Shown in pieces: positions 40,070-53,550 of a DNA stretch of 64,000 bases. The stretch is taken from the NCBI RefSeq assembly GCF_054482525.1, contig NZ_CM137006.1. One strand, written 5' to 3'. Under the pieces are notes generated by a model. That model was not told the DNA's origin, did not search any database, and worked only from the letters and a program-made list of their open reading frames with translations. The translations under genes and the position numbers were made by a program. The stretch's first letter is position 1; every line of letters begins with the position of its first letter.

Positions 40070-41476
40070 TTACTTGGAATTACTGTTGTTTTCGAACTGC
40101 TGCGTTAAGTAGCTGCTGGTGCTATTTAACGAGGTCATTAAAACGTCCAGCTGGGTAAATTGTTCTTTGTAGCGAGCGACCTGCGCATCAATGCGATCGC
40201 TGGCGGCGTTATAGTCTTTAGTTAACTTATTCAGGGTCTTACTAACGCCATCGGTAGCGGCTTTAATAATGCCCGTTGTCGAAAGCCAACTGGTCAGGTT
40301 GCTGCCGATGGTGGTCGTGATGCCGGTTTTTTTACCATCGCCAACAATCAATGCACCTACGCCGCTGGCATCTTTTTTCAATGCAGCGGTGAGTTTGTCG
40401 GCATCCAGCTCCAGTTTGCCATCGCTGGGATCGGTCGTGATACCAATCTGCGCCAACGTTTTATAGTTGGAAGAACTAACGGTATTACTCAGCATCGACT
40501 TCAACTGCGTCTGAATCGTCCGCAACGTGGAGTCGCCGAGCAGTGCGCCATTGCTAGAACTCTGGCTATCAGCTCCCGCATCTACGGCGGTGTATTTGGT
40601 CAGGCTGCTGAAGGTATCTATTAGCGAGTTATAGGCATTCACCCAGTCTTTAATCGCCGTTTGCGCTTTGGAGGTGTCCTGAGTGATGGTTAGCGTCTGG
40701 TTGCCCGTGGTGACATCGTTCAGGTTCAGGGTGATGTTTTCCAGCGCGTCGCTGATGGTGTTGCTGCTGTTCTCAATGGCGACGTTGTTGACCGTCAGCT
40801 GCGCATTCTGGGCGGCGACCGAGACCTCCATGCCGTTGCTGCTGGCACTGGCGTCATAGCCCATAAAACTTTGTAGCGCATCATCACCGCTAACCGAGAG
40901 CGTCATCGCATTATCAAGGCCGGTGTCATTCGATGTGACTGACAGACGATATTCACCGTTACCCACGTTAATGATGCTTGCGCTTACACCTGCTTTTGCG
41001 TTGTTGATGGCATCACGGATCCCGCTTAACGACGAGTTAGCCGCGCTGATATCAATGGTGATCGGCTCTTTGTCGCCGCCTTGTTGAATGGTGAGTTTGC
41101 TGTCGCTGGTGGCGATCGCCGTTTTCGTATCGTCTCTGGTGGTGCGCGTGGTCAGGGTTTGCGCCTGCGCCAGATGGGTGACACTGATGGTGTATTTCCC
41201 GGCGATGGCGTTACCCGCAGTGGTGGCACTGAATGCGGTGGTGCTGCTGGTGGTGCTGGTGGCGGAAAAAAGATCGGCTTTAGACAATGCAGTATTGGCG
41301 GTCTGGAAAGTCGTCAGCGCGCTTTTCAGCGTACCGTAGGCGCTAAGTTTAGCGGTAAACGACGATTGCTGATTTGAAATGGGGGTTAGCGTCGCTTTTT
41401 GCGCGGCGGTGAGGCTATCAAGGATTGAACTTAAATCCAGACCTGACCCGACTCCCAGCGATGAAATACTTGCCAT
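40070..41476 (-). CDS. fliD: Flagellar filament cap protein FliD
   Basis: 468-aa ORF. Confidence 0.95.
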   Translation of the reverse strand: MASISSLGVGSGLDLSSILDSLTAAQKATLTPISNQQSSFTAKLSAYGTLKSALTTFQTANTALSKADLFSATSTTSSTTAFSATTAGNAIAGKYTISVTHLAQAQTLTTRTTRDDTKTAIATSDSKLTIQQGGDKEPITIDISAANSSLSGIRDAINNAKAGVSASIINVGNGEYRLSVTSNDTGLDNAMTLSVSGDDALQSFMGYDASASSNGMEVSVAAQNAQLTVNNVAIENSSNTISDALENITLNLNDVTTGNQTLTITQDTSKAQTAIKDWVNAYNSLIDTFSSLTKYTAVDAGADSQSSSNGALLGDSTLRTIQTQLKSMLSNTVSSSNYKTLAQIGITTDPSDGKLELDADKLTAALKKDASGVGALIVGDGKKTGITTTIGSNLTSWLSTTGIIKAATDGVSKTLNKLTKDYNAASDRIDAQVARYKEQFTQLDVLMTSLNSTSSYLTQQFENNSNSK

Positions 41477-41519
41477 GCGATTTCCTTTTATCTTTCGACA
41501 CGTAAAACGAATACCGGGG

Positions 41520-41546
41520 TTATCGGCCTGAATTGCGCAAAGTTTA
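41520..41546 (-). promoter_or_regulatory. Sigma-28 (FliA) promoter of fliDST
   Basis: Minus-strand TAAACTTT, 11-nt spacer, GCCGATAA. Confidence 0.7.
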
Positions 41547-41638
41547 CGTTTAATTGTTTTTTTTAATAGCGGGAATAAGGGGCAGAGAAAAGAGTATTTC
41601 GGCGACTAACAAAAAATGGCTGTTTGTGAAAAAAATTC

Positions 41639-41665
41639 TAAAGGTTGTTTTACGACAGACGATAA
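41639..41665 (+). promoter_or_regulatory. Sigma-28 (FliA) promoter of fliC
   Basis: TAAAGGTT, 11-nt spacer, GACGATAA, about 75 bp upstream of the fliC ATG. Confidence 0.65.
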
Positions 41666-41741
41666 CAGGGTTGACGGCGATTGAGCCGACGGGTGGAAAC
41701 CCAATACGTAATCAACGACTTGCAATATAGGATAACGAATC

Positions 41742-43430
41742 ATGGCACAAGTCATTAATACCAACAGCCTCTCGCTGATCACTCAAAATAATATCAACAA
41801 GAACCAGTCTGCGCTGTCGAGTTCTATCGAGCGTCTGTCTTCTGGCTTGCGTATTAACAGCGCGAAGGATGACGCCGCAGGTCAGGCGATTGCTAACCGT
41901 TTTACTTCTAACATTAAAGGCCTGACTCAGGCTGCACGTAACGCCAACGACGGTATTTCTGTTGCACAGACCACTGAAGGCGCGCTGTCCGAAATCAACA
42001 ACAACTTACAGCGTGTGCGTGAACTGACCGTTCAGGCAACCACCGGTACCAACTCCCAGTCTGACCTGGACTCTATCCAGGACGAAATTAAATCCCGTCT
42101 GGACGAAATTGATCGCGTATCCGGTCAGACCCAGTTCAACGGCGTGAACGTGCTGGCAAAAGACGGTTCCATGAAAATTCAGGTTGGCGCGAACGATGGC
42201 CAGACCATCACTATCGACCTGAAGAAGATTGACTCTTCTACCTTGAACCTGACAGGTTTTAACGTTAACGGTTCTGGTTCTGTGGCGAATACTGCAGCAA
42301 CTAAAGCTGATTTAACCGCTGCTCAACTCTCTGCACCGGGTGCAGCAGACGCAAATGGTACAGTTACTTATACTGTCAGTGCTGGTTATAAAGAATCCAC
42401 TGCTGCAGATGTTATTGCTAGCATCAAAGACGGCAGTGCTCCGACTTCTGCAATTACTGCAACCATTAATAATGGCTTCGGTGATTCCAGTGCGCTGACT
42501 TCCAATGACTATACTTATGACCCAGCAAAAGGCGACTTCACTTACGACGTAGCTTCAAGCGCCAATAATACTGCTGCCCAGGTTCAGTCCTTCCTGACGC
42601 CGAAAGCAGGTGATACCGCAAATCTGAAAGTAACCGTTGGTACGACATCGGTTGATGTCGTTCTGGCCAGTGATGGTAAGATTACAGCAAAAGATGGTTC
42701 TGCATTATATATCGACAGTACAGGTAACCTGACTCAGAACAGTGCTGGCTTGACCTCTGCTAAACTGGCTACTCTGACTGGCCTTCAGGGCTCTGGTGTT
42801 GCTTCAACCATCACTACTGAAGATGGCACTAATATTGATATTGCTGCTAACGGTAATATTGGTCTGACCGGTGTTCGTATCAGTGCTGATTCTCTGCAGT
42901 CAGCGACTAAATCTACGGGCTTTACTGTTGGTACTGGCGCTACAGGTCTGACCGTAGGTACTGATGGTAAAGTGACTATCGGCGGGACTACTGCTCAGTC
43001 CTACACCAGCAAAGATGGTTCCCTGACTACTGATAACACCACTAAACTGTATCTGCAGAAAGATGGCTCTGTAACCAACGGTTCAGGTAAAGCGGTCTAT
43101 GTAGAAGCGGATGGTGATTTCACTACCGACGCTGCAACCAAAGCCGCAACCACCACCGATCCGCTGAAAGCCCTGGATGAGGCAATCAGCCAGATCGATA
43201 AGTTCCGTTCATCCCTGGGTGCTATCCAGAACCGTCTGGATTCCGCGGTCACCAACCTGAACAACACCACTACCAACCTGTCTGAAGCGCAGTCCCGTAT
43301 TCAGGACGCCGACTATGCGACCGAAGTGTCCAACATGTCGAAAGCGCAGATCATTCAGCAGGCCGGTAACTCCGTGCTGGCAAAAGCCAACCAGGTACCG
43401 CAACAGGTTCTGTCTCTGCTGCAGGGCTAA
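41742..43430 (+). CDS. fliC: Flagellin FliC, long allele (562 aa) with a non-K-12 central domain
   Basis: Conserved N-terminus (MAQVINTNSLSLITQNN...) and C-terminus (...QVPQQVLSLLQG) flanking a long Thr/Ser/Gly/Ala-rich middle region. Confidence 0.95.
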   Translation: MAQVINTNSLSLITQNNINKNQSALSSSIERLSSGLRINSAKDDAAGQAIANRFTSNIKGLTQAARNANDGISVAQTTEGALSEINNNLQRVRELTVQATTGTNSQSDLDSIQDEIKSRLDEIDRVSGQTQFNGVNVLAKDGSMKIQVGANDGQTITIDLKKIDSSTLNLTGFNVNGSGSVANTAATKADLTAAQLSAPGAADANGTVTYTVSAGYKESTAADVIASIKDGSAPTSAITATINNGFGDSSALTSNDYTYDPAKGDFTYDVASSANNTAAQVQSFLTPKAGDTANLKVTVGTTSVDVVLASDGKITAKDGSALYIDSTGNLTQNSAGLTSAKLATLTGLQGSGVASTITTEDGTNIDIAANGNIGLTGVRISADSLQSATKSTGFTVGTGATGLTVGTDGKVTIGGTTAQSYTSKDGSLTTDNTTKLYLQKDGSVTNGSGKAVYVEADGDFTTDAATKAATTTDPLKALDEAISQIDKFRSSLGAIQNRLDSAVTNLNNTTTNLSEAQSRIQDADYATEVSNMSKAQIIQQAGNSVLAKANQVPQQVLSLLQG

Positions 43431-43473
43431 TCGTCCTAACCTGATTAACTGAGACTGATGGCAACGCCAAATT

Positions 43474-43573
<100 letters not shown>

Positions 43574-43604
43574 ACATGAAGCGTAATTTGTCAGCAACGT
43601 GATC

Positions 43605-43628
43605 CCCCGCCACCGGCGGGGTTTTTTC
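43605..43628 (+). terminator. Rho-independent terminator of fliC
   Basis: 7-bp GC stem CCCCGCC/GGCGGGG followed by TTTTTT. Confidence 0.7.
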
Positions 43629-43749
43629 TGTCCGCAATTTACCGGTAACCCCCAAATAACCCCTCATTTCACCCACTAATCGTCCGATTAAAAACCCTGC
43701 AGAAACGGATAATCATGCCGATAACTCATATAACGCAGGGCTGTTTATC

Positions 43750-44469
43750 GTGAATTCACTCTATACCGCTGAAGGTGTAATGGATAAACACTCGCTGTGG
43801 CAGCGTTATGTCCCGCTGGTGCGTCACGAAGCATTGCGCCTGCAGGTTCGACTGCCCGCGAGCGTGGAACTTGACGATCTGCTACAGGCGGGCGGCATTG
43901 GGTTACTTAATGCCGTCGAACGCTATGACGCCCTACAAGGAACGGCATTTACAACTTACGCAGTGCAGCGTATCCGTGGCGCTATGCTGGATGAACTTCG
44001 CAGCCGTGACTGGGTGCCGCGCAGCGTGCGACGCAACGCGCGTGAAGTGGCACAGGCAATAGGGCAACTGGAGCAGGAACTTGGCCGCAACGCCACGGAA
44101 ACTGAGGTAGCGGAACGTTTAGGGATCGATATTGCCGACTATCGCCAAATGTTGCTCGACACCAATAACAGCCAGCTCTTCTCCTACGATGAGTGGCGCG
44201 AAGAGCACGGCGATAGCATCGAACTGGTTACTGATGATCATCAGCGAGAAAACCCGCTACAACAACTGCTGGACAGTAATCTGCGCCAGCGGGTGATGGA
44301 AGCCATCGAAACGTTGCCGGAGCGCGAAAAACTGGTATTAACCCTCTATTACCAGGAAGAGCTGAATCTCAAAGAGATTGGCGCGGTGCTGGAGGTCGGG
44401 GAATCGCGGGTCAGTCAGTTACACAGCCAGGCCATTAAACGGTTACGCACTAAACTGGGTAAGTTATAA
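43750..44469 (+). CDS. fliA: Flagellar sigma factor sigma-28 (FliA)
   Basis: 239-aa ORF with GTG start. Confidence 0.95.
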   Translation: MNSLYTAEGVMDKHSLWQRYVPLVRHEALRLQVRLPASVELDDLLQAGGIGLLNAVERYDALQGTAFTTYAVQRIRGAMLDELRSRDWVPRSVRRNAREVAQAIGQLEQELGRNATETEVAERLGIDIADYRQMLLDTNNSQLFSYDEWREEHGDSIELVTDDHQRENPLQQLLDSNLRQRVMEAIETLPEREKLVLTLYYQEELNLKEIGAVLEVGESRVSQLHSQAIKRLRTKLGKL

Positions 44470-44514
44470 CGTCAGTAAATGCCGCACTTTAATTTTGACT
44501 ACCAGGAGTTCTTA

Positions 44515-45066
44515 ATGATGGTGCAGCACCTGAAAAGACGGCCATTAAGCCGCTATCTTAAAGACTTTAAACACAGCCAGACCCATTGCGCGCATTGCCG
44601 TAAATTACTCGACCGCATTACCCTCGTTCGCGACGGCAAAATAGTGAATAAAATCGAGATTTCCCGCCTGGACATGCTGCTTGATGAAAATGGCTGGCAA
44701 ACGGAACAAAAATCATGGGCGGCATTGTGCCGATTTTGCGGTGATTTACATTGCAAAACGCAGAGTGATTTTTTCGATATTATCGGCTTTAAGCAATTTC
44801 TTTTTGAGCAAACTGAAATGAGCCCAGGTACGGTGCGTGAATATGTCGTTCGTCTGCGCCGTTTGGGGAATCATCTACACGAGCAAAATATTTCCCTCGA
44901 TCAGCTGCAGGGTGGTTTCCTTGATGAAATCCTCGCCCCGTGGCTGCCCACCACCAGCACCAACAATTACCGCATCGCATTACGGAAGTATCAACACTAT
45001 CAGCGTCAAACGTGTACCGGACTTGTGCAGAAATCCTCCAGCCTGCCTGCTTCTGATATATATTAA
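44515..45066 (+). CDS. fliZ: Regulator FliZ
   Basis: 183-aa product from ATG 44515 (MMVQHLKRRPL...). Confidence 0.92.
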   Translation: MMVQHLKRRPLSRYLKDFKHSQTHCAHCRKLLDRITLVRDGKIVNKIEISRLDMLLDENGWQTEQKSWAALCRFCGDLHCKTQSDFFDIIGFKQFLFEQTEMSPGTVREYVVRLRRLGNHLHEQNISLDQLQGGFLDEILAPWLPTTSTNNYRIALRKYQHYQRQTCTGLVQKSSSLPASDIY

Positions 45067-45153
45067 ATAAGAATAAGATGTAGCGGAGTTGTTTTTGTGT
45101 TTACAAACAATGGCTCTACACTGCAAACAGACATAACAACATTCGGGGTGAAT

Positions 45154-47045
<1,892 letters not shown>

Positions 47046-47059
47046 CTCCGGAAACGCTC

Positions 47060-47728
47060 ATGCAAGAAAGTATACAACTGGTTATTGATTCCTTGCCGTT
47101 CCTGCTGAAAGGGGCTGGGTATACGCTGCAACTCAGTATCGGCGGCATGTTTTTTGGCTTACTGCTAGGGTTTGTTCTCGCGCTGATGCGCCTGTCGCCA
47201 ATCTGGCCCGTGCGCTGGCTGGCGCGTTTTTATATCTCTATTTTTCGTGGTACGCCACTCATCGCCCAACTGTTTATGATCTATTACGGCTTGCCGCAGT
47301 TTGGCATCGAACTAGATCCCATTCCGTCAGCAATGATTGGTCTGTCGCTAAACACTGCCGCCTATGCTGCCGAAACGCTGCGCGCCGCCATTTCTTCTAT
47401 TGATAAAGGTCAGTGGGAAGCTGCTGCCAGTATTGGTATGACGCCATGGCAGACCATGCGTCGCGCGATTTTGCCACAGGCGGCGCGGGTGGCGTTGCCG
47501 CCGCTGTCGAACAGCTTTATCAGCCTGGTAAAAGATACGTCGCTGGCCGCGACAATCCAGGTGCCGGAGCTGTTTCGTCAGGCGCAGTTGATTACCTCAC
47601 GCACGCTGGAGGTGTTCACCATGTACCTGGCGGCTTCGCTCATCTACTGGATCATGGCGACAGTGTTATCGACGTTGCAGAACCATTTTGAGAATCAACT
47701 TAATCGCCAGGAGAGAGAACCAAAATGA
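47060..47728 (+). CDS. tcyL: L-cystine ABC transporter permease TcyL (YecS)
   Basis: 222-aa membrane ORF with ABC-permease signature region. Confidence 0.93.
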   Translation: MQESIQLVIDSLPFLLKGAGYTLQLSIGGMFFGLLLGFVLALMRLSPIWPVRWLARFYISIFRGTPLIAQLFMIYYGLPQFGIELDPIPSAMIGLSLNTAAYAAETLRAAISSIDKGQWEAAASIGMTPWQTMRRAILPQAARVALPPLSNSFISLVKDTSLAATIQVPELFRQAQLITSRTLEVFTMYLAASLIYWIMATVLSTLQNHFENQLNRQEREPK

Positions 47729-48477
47729 GTGCCATTGAAGTTAAGAACCTGGTGAAAAAATTCCACGGTCAGACGGTGCTGCACGGTATCGACCTTGAGG
47801 TGAAGCCTGGCGAAGTAGTGGCAATTATCGGTCCAAGTGGTTCCGGCAAAACCACGTTGCTACGCAGCATAAATCTGCTGGAACAACCGGAAGCGGGAAC
47901 CATCACCGTTGGCGAAATCACCATTGATACTGCACGTTCATTAAGTCAGCAAAAATCGCTGATTCGCCAGTTGCGTCAGCACGTCGGGTTTGTCTTCCAG
48001 AACTTTAATTTGTTTCCGCATCGTACGGTGCTGGAAAACATTATTGAAGGGCCGGTGATCGTCAAAGGCGAACCGAAAGAAGAGGCCACGGCGCGCGCTC
48101 GCGAGCTGTTGGCGAAAGTTGGGCTGGCAGGTAAAGAAACCAGCTATCCACGTCGTTTGTCTGGCGGTCAACAGCAGCGTGTCGCGATTGCGCGAGCGCT
48201 GGCAATGCGTCCTGAGGTGATTTTGTTTGACGAGCCAACGTCGGCGCTGGATCCAGAGCTGGTGGGCGAAGTCCTGAACACCATCCGTCAGCTGGCGCAG
48301 GAAAAGCGCACGATGGTGATTGTGACGCACGAAATGAGCTTTGCCCGGGATGTTGCGGACCGGGCGATCTTTATGGACCAGGGGCGGATAGTCGAGCAGG
48401 GGGCCGCAAAAGCGTTATTTGCCGATCCTCAGCAGCCTCGCACCCGCCAGTTCCTCGAGAAGTTTCTGCTGCAATAA
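47725..48477 (+). CDS. tcyN: L-cystine ABC transporter ATP-binding protein TcyN (YecC)
   Basis: Walker A (GPSGSGKTT), signature LSGGQQQR, Walker B (LFDEPTSALD). Confidence 0.95.
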   Translation: MSAIEVKNLVKKFHGQTVLHGIDLEVKPGEVVAIIGPSGSGKTTLLRSINLLEQPEAGTITVGEITIDTARSLSQQKSLIRQLRQHVGFVFQNFNLFPHRTVLENIIEGPVIVKGEPKEEATARARELLAKVGLAGKETSYPRRLSGGQQQRVAIARALAMRPEVILFDEPTSALDPELVGEVLNTIRQLAQEKRTMVIVTHEMSFARDVADRAIFMDQGRIVEQGAAKALFADPQQPRTRQFLEKFLLQ

Positions 48478-48706
48478 TAAGAAAAAATCAGCCCCGACGA
48501 TTCACTTGTCGGGGCGGGACGCCATTTCAAGCGTAATAAAAGTGCTTAACAAATCAGCATAACTCATTAATAACATAAGAGAATGCGATGGCTTGCAAAA
48601 GTAATTCATTGCCTGAATAATATAAATTATATATAAATCTTATTTATGTGATAGTTTGAATTATCATTATAAATGATACTCACTCTCAGGGGCGTTGCGG
48701 TTTACT

Positions 48707-49429
48707 ATGCAGGATACGGATTTTTTCAGCTGGCGTCGCACGATGCTGTTGCGTTTTCAGAGGATGGAGGCCGCAGAAGAGGTCTACCATGAAATAGAGC
48801 TTCAGGCTCAGCAGCTGGAGTACGATTACTATTCGTTATGTGTTCGCCACCCAGTACCATTCACGCGACCTAAAGTGGCTTTCTACACCAATTACCCTGA
48901 GTCGTGGGTTAGTTATTATCAGGCAAAAAATTTTCTCGCAATTGATCCGGTGCTGAACCCTGAAAACTTTAGTCAGGGCCATTTAATGTGGAATGATGAC
49001 TTATTCAGCGAAGCACAGCCGTTATGGGAAGCTGCGCGCGCACATGGTTTACGCCGCGGTGTCACTCAGTATTTAATGCTGCCAAATCGGGCGCTGGGCT
49101 TTTTGTCCTTTTCCCGTTGCAGCACGCGCGAAATACCCATTCTTAGTGATGAACTGCAATTAAAAATGCAGTTACTGGTGCGCGAAAGTCTGATGGCTCT
49201 GATGCGTTTAAATGATGAAATAGTGATGACGCCAGAGATGAATTTCAGCAAGCGCGAAAAAGAAATTCTGAAATGGACGGCGGAAGGGAAGACATCAGCA
49301 GAGATAGCGATGATTTTGTCAATCTCTGAGAATACGGTCAATTTCCATCAGAAAAACATGCAGAAAAAAATCAATGCACCAAATAAGACCCAGGTGGCCT
49401 GTTACGCGGCCGCTACCGGCTTAATTTGA
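48707..49429 (+). CDS. sdiA: LuxR-family quorum-sensing regulator SdiA
   Basis: 240-aa product from the internal ATG (MQDTDFFSWRR...). Confidence 0.93.
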   Translation: MQDTDFFSWRRTMLLRFQRMEAAEEVYHEIELQAQQLEYDYYSLCVRHPVPFTRPKVAFYTNYPESWVSYYQAKNFLAIDPVLNPENFSQGHLMWNDDLFSEAQPLWEAARAHGLRRGVTQYLMLPNRALGFLSFSRCSTREIPILSDELQLKMQLLVRESLMALMRLNDEIVMTPEMNFSKREKEILKWTAEGKTSAEIAMILSISENTVNFHQKNMQKKINAPNKTQVACYAAATGLI

Positions 49430-49456
49430 TCGCTTTTCTTTCTGCGTGCCAGATGC

Positions 49457-49493
49457 AAAAACCGGCTGAAAGGCACGCTCTCAGCCGGTTTTA
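49457..49493. terminator. Bidirectional rho-independent terminator between the convergent sdiA and yecF
   Basis: 9-bp stem ACCGGCTGA/TCAGCCGGT flanked by an A-run and a T-run. Confidence 0.6.
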
Positions 49494-49495
49494 TA

Positions 49496-49720
49496 TTACT
49501 GACGGTAGGCTTGTTTAATTTGCTTAACCGTTTTGGAAAATACTGCAGCCTGGGTTTCGTCTTCGATCAGCGCAAGCTGTTTTTCCATCTTTAACATCAC
49601 GCGGCCCGCGTCAGCTTGTCCCATCGCCTGCAGCATCAGCGTCAGCATCGCTTTCAGGCAGGAGACTTCATTTGCCAGTTCTTGATTATTCTCGGCAGTA
49701 GAAAAATCAGGCGTACTCAT
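49496..49720 (-). CDS. yecF: Small protein YecF
   Basis: 74-aa ORF. Confidence 0.85.
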
Positions 49721-50178
49721 TTATTTTCCTCGTCATGTTGCAATGAAAATTTGCGGTGAAAAATGTTAAGGCGGCGGAGTATACCATAAGCTTTGCTAAA
49801 AATAGCAGTGGTTGTTTTTTGAGCGTGACAGCGGCAGTGCTATAAAATACGTTAATATAATGACCAATAAATATTTTTATCATGAATGTTTTTTGCCCGT
49901 ATTGTTCGGGTTAATTAATGTTACATATTCAGCGGGCTGATTTTCATTTTTGCTGAATAAAGTCAATTTTTGTCACATTTCATCGCAGGGCTTACTGTGA
50001 AACGATCCCGGAAGCCGTTGGTGACGGGCGTGACCATAACTGTGGACAATCGAATTGACAAAAACGAGAGAAAAATCGAATACCCACCATTTTTAACGTT
50101 TCAAAGTTGCAATAAAAACCGCTAATATACGAATGACTAACTATCAGTAGCGTTATCCCTATTTCTGGAGATATTCCT

Positions 50179-50835
50179 TTGATCAACGTTCTACTTGTTG
50201 ATGACCACGAACTGGTGCGCGCAGGGATACGACGCATTCTGGAAGATATAAAGGGTATAAAAGTCGTCGGTGAGGCATCGTGCGGTGAAGACGCCGTTAA
50301 ATGGTGCCGGGCAAATGCCGTTGACGTGGTGCTAATGGACATGAGTATGCCGGGCATTGGCGGTCTTGAGGCGACGCGTAAAATCGCGCGTTCCACAGCT
50401 GATGTCAAAATCATCATGCTTACCGTCCATACAGAAAACCCTTTACCAGCGAAAGTCATGCAGGCCGGTGCTGCGGGCTACCTCAGCAAAGGCGCGGCTC
50501 CGCAGGAAGTCGTGAGTGCGATCCGTTCTGTCTATTCAGGGCAGCGTTACATTGCTTCTGACATCGCTCAACAAATGGCGTTAAGCCAGATCGAACCAGA
50601 AAAAACAGAAAGCCCATTTGCCAGTTTGTCTGAACGTGAATTGCAGATTATGCTGATGATCACCAAGGGCCAGAAGGTCAATGAGATCTCAGAACAGCTC
50701 AATCTCAGTCCGAAAACGGTGAACAGCTACCGCTATCGTATGTTCAGTAAACTAAACATTCATGGCGATGTTGAGCTGACTCACCTGGCAATTCGCCATG
50801 GTCTGTGTAATGCGGAGACATTATCAAGTCAGTGA
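50179..50835 (+). CDS. uvrY: Response regulator UvrY (partner of BarA)
   Basis: 218-aa ORF with TTG start; receiver plus LuxR-type HTH; stop overlaps the uvrC start. Confidence 0.93.
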   Translation: MINVLLVDDHELVRAGIRRILEDIKGIKVVGEASCGEDAVKWCRANAVDVVLMDMSMPGIGGLEATRKIARSTADVKIIMLTVHTENPLPAKVMQAGAAGYLSKGAAPQEVVSAIRSVYSGQRYIASDIAQQMALSQIEPEKTESPFASLSERELQIMLMITKGQKVNEISEQLNLSPKTVNSYRYRMFSKLNIHGDVELTHLAIRHGLCNAETLSSQ

Positions 50836-52664
50836 GTGATCAGTTTGACGCAAAAGCGTTTTTAAAAACCGTAACCAGCCAGCCAGGCGTTTATCGCATG
50901 TACGATGCTGGTGGTACGGTTATCTATGTCGGCAAAGCGAAAGACCTGAAAAAACGGCTTTCCAGCTATTTCCGTAGCAACCTCGCTTCGCGCAAAACCG
51001 AAGCGCTGGTCGCCCAGATCCAGCAAATTGATGTCACGGTTACTCATACAGAAACCGAAGCGCTGTTGCTGGAACACAACTACATCAAACTCTATCAGCC
51101 GCGTTACAACGTTTTGCTACGCGATGATAAATCTTATCCTTTTATCTTCCTGAGTGGCGATACCCACCCGCGTCTGGCGATGCATCGTGGTGCGAAGCAT
51201 GCCAAAGGTGAATATTTCGGCCCGTTCCCGAATGGCTATGCCGTACGTGAAACACTGGCGCTACTGCAAAAGATATTCCCCATTCGCCAGTGCGAAAATA
51301 GTGTTTATCGCAATCGCTCGCGTCCGTGTCTGCAATATCAGATAGGGCGCTGTCTGGGACCGTGCGTTGAAGGACTGGTGAGTGAAGAAGAATACGCTCA
51401 GCAGGTCGAGTATGTGCGCCTGTTTTTGTCTGGCAAAGATGATCAGGTGCTTACGCAACTCATTAGCCGTATGGAAACTGCCAGCCAGAATCTGGAGTTT
51501 GAAGACGCGGCACGTATTCGCGACCAAATTCAGGCGGTGCGACGCGTCACCGAAAAACAGTTTGTGTCCAATACCGGCGACGACCTTGACGTTATTGGTG
51601 TGGCGTTCGATGCGGGCATGGCTTGTGTCCACGTATTGTTCATTCGTCAGGGTAAAGTGCTCGGCAGCCGCAGCTATTTCCCGAAAGTGCCTGGCGGTAC
51701 GGAACTGAGCGAGGTGGTGGAAACCTTCGTAGGTCAGTTCTATTTACAAGGCAGCCAGATGCGCACCTTACCGGGTGAGATCCTGCTCGATTTTAATCTT
51801 AGCGATAAAACGCTGCTCGCCGATTCCCTTTCAGAACTGGCGGGACGCAAGATTAATGTTCAAACCAAACCTCGCGGCGATCGGGCGCGTTATCTGAAAC
51901 TTGCGCGCACCAATGCGGCGACGGCCTTAACCAGCAAACTTTCGCAGCAATCTACCGTTCACCAGCGACTGACCGCGCTTGCCAGCGTGTTGAAATTACC
52001 GGAAGTGAAGCGGATGGAGTGCTTTGACATCAGCCATACCATGGGTGAACAAACCGTCGCTTCCTGTGTGGTGTTTGATGCTAACGGCCCGCTGCGTGCG
52101 GAGTATCGGCGCTATAACATTACTGGCATTACGCCGGGCGATGATTATGCGGCGATGAATCAGGTGCTGCGTCGCCGTTATGGTAAAGCCATCGACGACA
52201 GTAAGATCCCGGATGTGATCCTTATCGACGGCGGCAAAGGCCAGCTTGCCCAGGCGAAAAATGTCTTCGCCGAACTGGATGTCTCATGGGATAAAAATCA
52301 TCCGCTGCTACTTGGCGTTGCCAAAGGTGCAGATAGGAAGGCAGGGTTGGAAACGCTGTTCTTTGAGCCGGAAGGCGAGGGATTCAGTTTGCCGCCAGAT
52401 TCTCCCGCGCTGCATGTTATCCAACATATTCGCGACGAATCACACGATCACGCGATTGGTGGGCACCGTAAAAAACGGGCGAAGGTCAAAAATACCAGTT
52501 CCCTGGAAACCATTGAAGGCGTCGGGCCAAAACGTCGGCAAATGTTGTTGAAATATATGGGCGGTTTGCAAGGTTTACGTAACGCCAGCGTCGAGGAAAT
52601 TGCAAAAGTGCCGGGTATTTCGCAAGGTCTGGCAGAAAAGATCTTCTGGTCGTTGAAACATTGA
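50832..52664 (+). CDS. uvrC: Excinuclease ABC subunit C (UvrC)
   Basis: 610-aa ORF with GIY-YIG N-terminal nuclease motif. Confidence 0.97.
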   Translation: MSDQFDAKAFLKTVTSQPGVYRMYDAGGTVIYVGKAKDLKKRLSSYFRSNLASRKTEALVAQIQQIDVTVTHTETEALLLEHNYIKLYQPRYNVLLRDDKSYPFIFLSGDTHPRLAMHRGAKHAKGEYFGPFPNGYAVRETLALLQKIFPIRQCENSVYRNRSRPCLQYQIGRCLGPCVEGLVSEEEYAQQVEYVRLFLSGKDDQVLTQLISRMETASQNLEFEDAARIRDQIQAVRRVTEKQFVSNTGDDLDVIGVAFDAGMACVHVLFIRQGKVLGSRSYFPKVPGGTELSEVVETFVGQFYLQGSQMRTLPGEILLDFNLSDKTLLADSLSELAGRKINVQTKPRGDRARYLKLARTNAATALTSKLSQQSTVHQRLTALASVLKLPEVKRMECFDISHTMGEQTVASCVVFDANGPLRAEYRRYNITGITPGDDYAAMNQVLRRRYGKAIDDSKIPDVILIDGGKGQLAQAKNVFAELDVSWDKNHPLLLGVAKGADRKAGLETLFFEPEGEGFSLPPDSPALHVIQHIRDESHDHAIGGHRKKRAKVKNTSSLETIEGVGPKRRQMLLKYMGGLQGLRNASVEEIAKVPGISQGLAEKIFWSLKH

Positions 52665-52720
52665 TGTCTCTGTAGCAACATAGGGGTAATCTTACTGACA
52701 ACAGATAGTTACCCGTCATT

Positions 52721-53269
52721 ATGCAATTTAATATCCCTACGTTGCTTACACTGTTCCGTGTCATCCTTATCCCATTCTTTGTATTGGTCTTTTATCTGCC
52801 TGTCACCTGGTCGCCGTTTGCCGCCGCGCTCATTTTCTGCGTCGCGGCGGTGACTGACTGGTTCGATGGTTTTCTGGCACGCCGCTGGAACCAGAGTACC
52901 CGGTTTGGTGCTTTCCTTGACCCTGTGGCAGATAAAGTTCTCGTGGCTATCGCCATGGTGCTGGTAACCGAGCATTATCACAGCTGGTGGGTGACCTTAC
53001 CGGCGGCAACGATGATCGCCCGTGAAATTATTATTTCTGCGCTACGCGAATGGATGGCGGAGTTGGGTAAACGCAGTAGCGTGGCTGTCTCCTGGATTGG
53101 GAAAGTGAAAACCACTGCCCAGATGGTGGCGCTGGCCTGGCTGCTGTGGCGTCCGAACATTTGGGTTGAGTACGCCGGTATTGCACTATTCTTTGTGGCT
53201 GCGGTATTGACTCTGTGGTCAATGTTGCAATATTTGAGCGCTGCGCGTGCAGATTTGCTTGATCAGTGA
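52721..53269 (+). CDS. pgsA: CDP-diacylglycerol-glycerol-3-phosphate 3-phosphatidyltransferase PgsA
   Basis: 182-aa membrane ORF with CDP-alcohol phosphatidyltransferase motif. Confidence 0.95.
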
Positions 53270-53420
53270 TCGTTTCGGCGCAATTTTCAGCAAACGATCA
53301 AAAGTGGTGAAAAATATCGTTGACTCATCGCGCCAGGTAAGTAGAATGCAACGCATCGAACGGCGGCACTGATTGCCAGACGATAATAAAATCAAGTGAT
53401 TAACTGATTGCTTGATGAAT

Positions 53421-53496
<76 letters not shown>

Positions 53497-53550
53497 GTTT
53501 AAAAGACATCGGCGTCAAGCGGATGTCTGGCTGAAAGGCCTGAAGAATTT

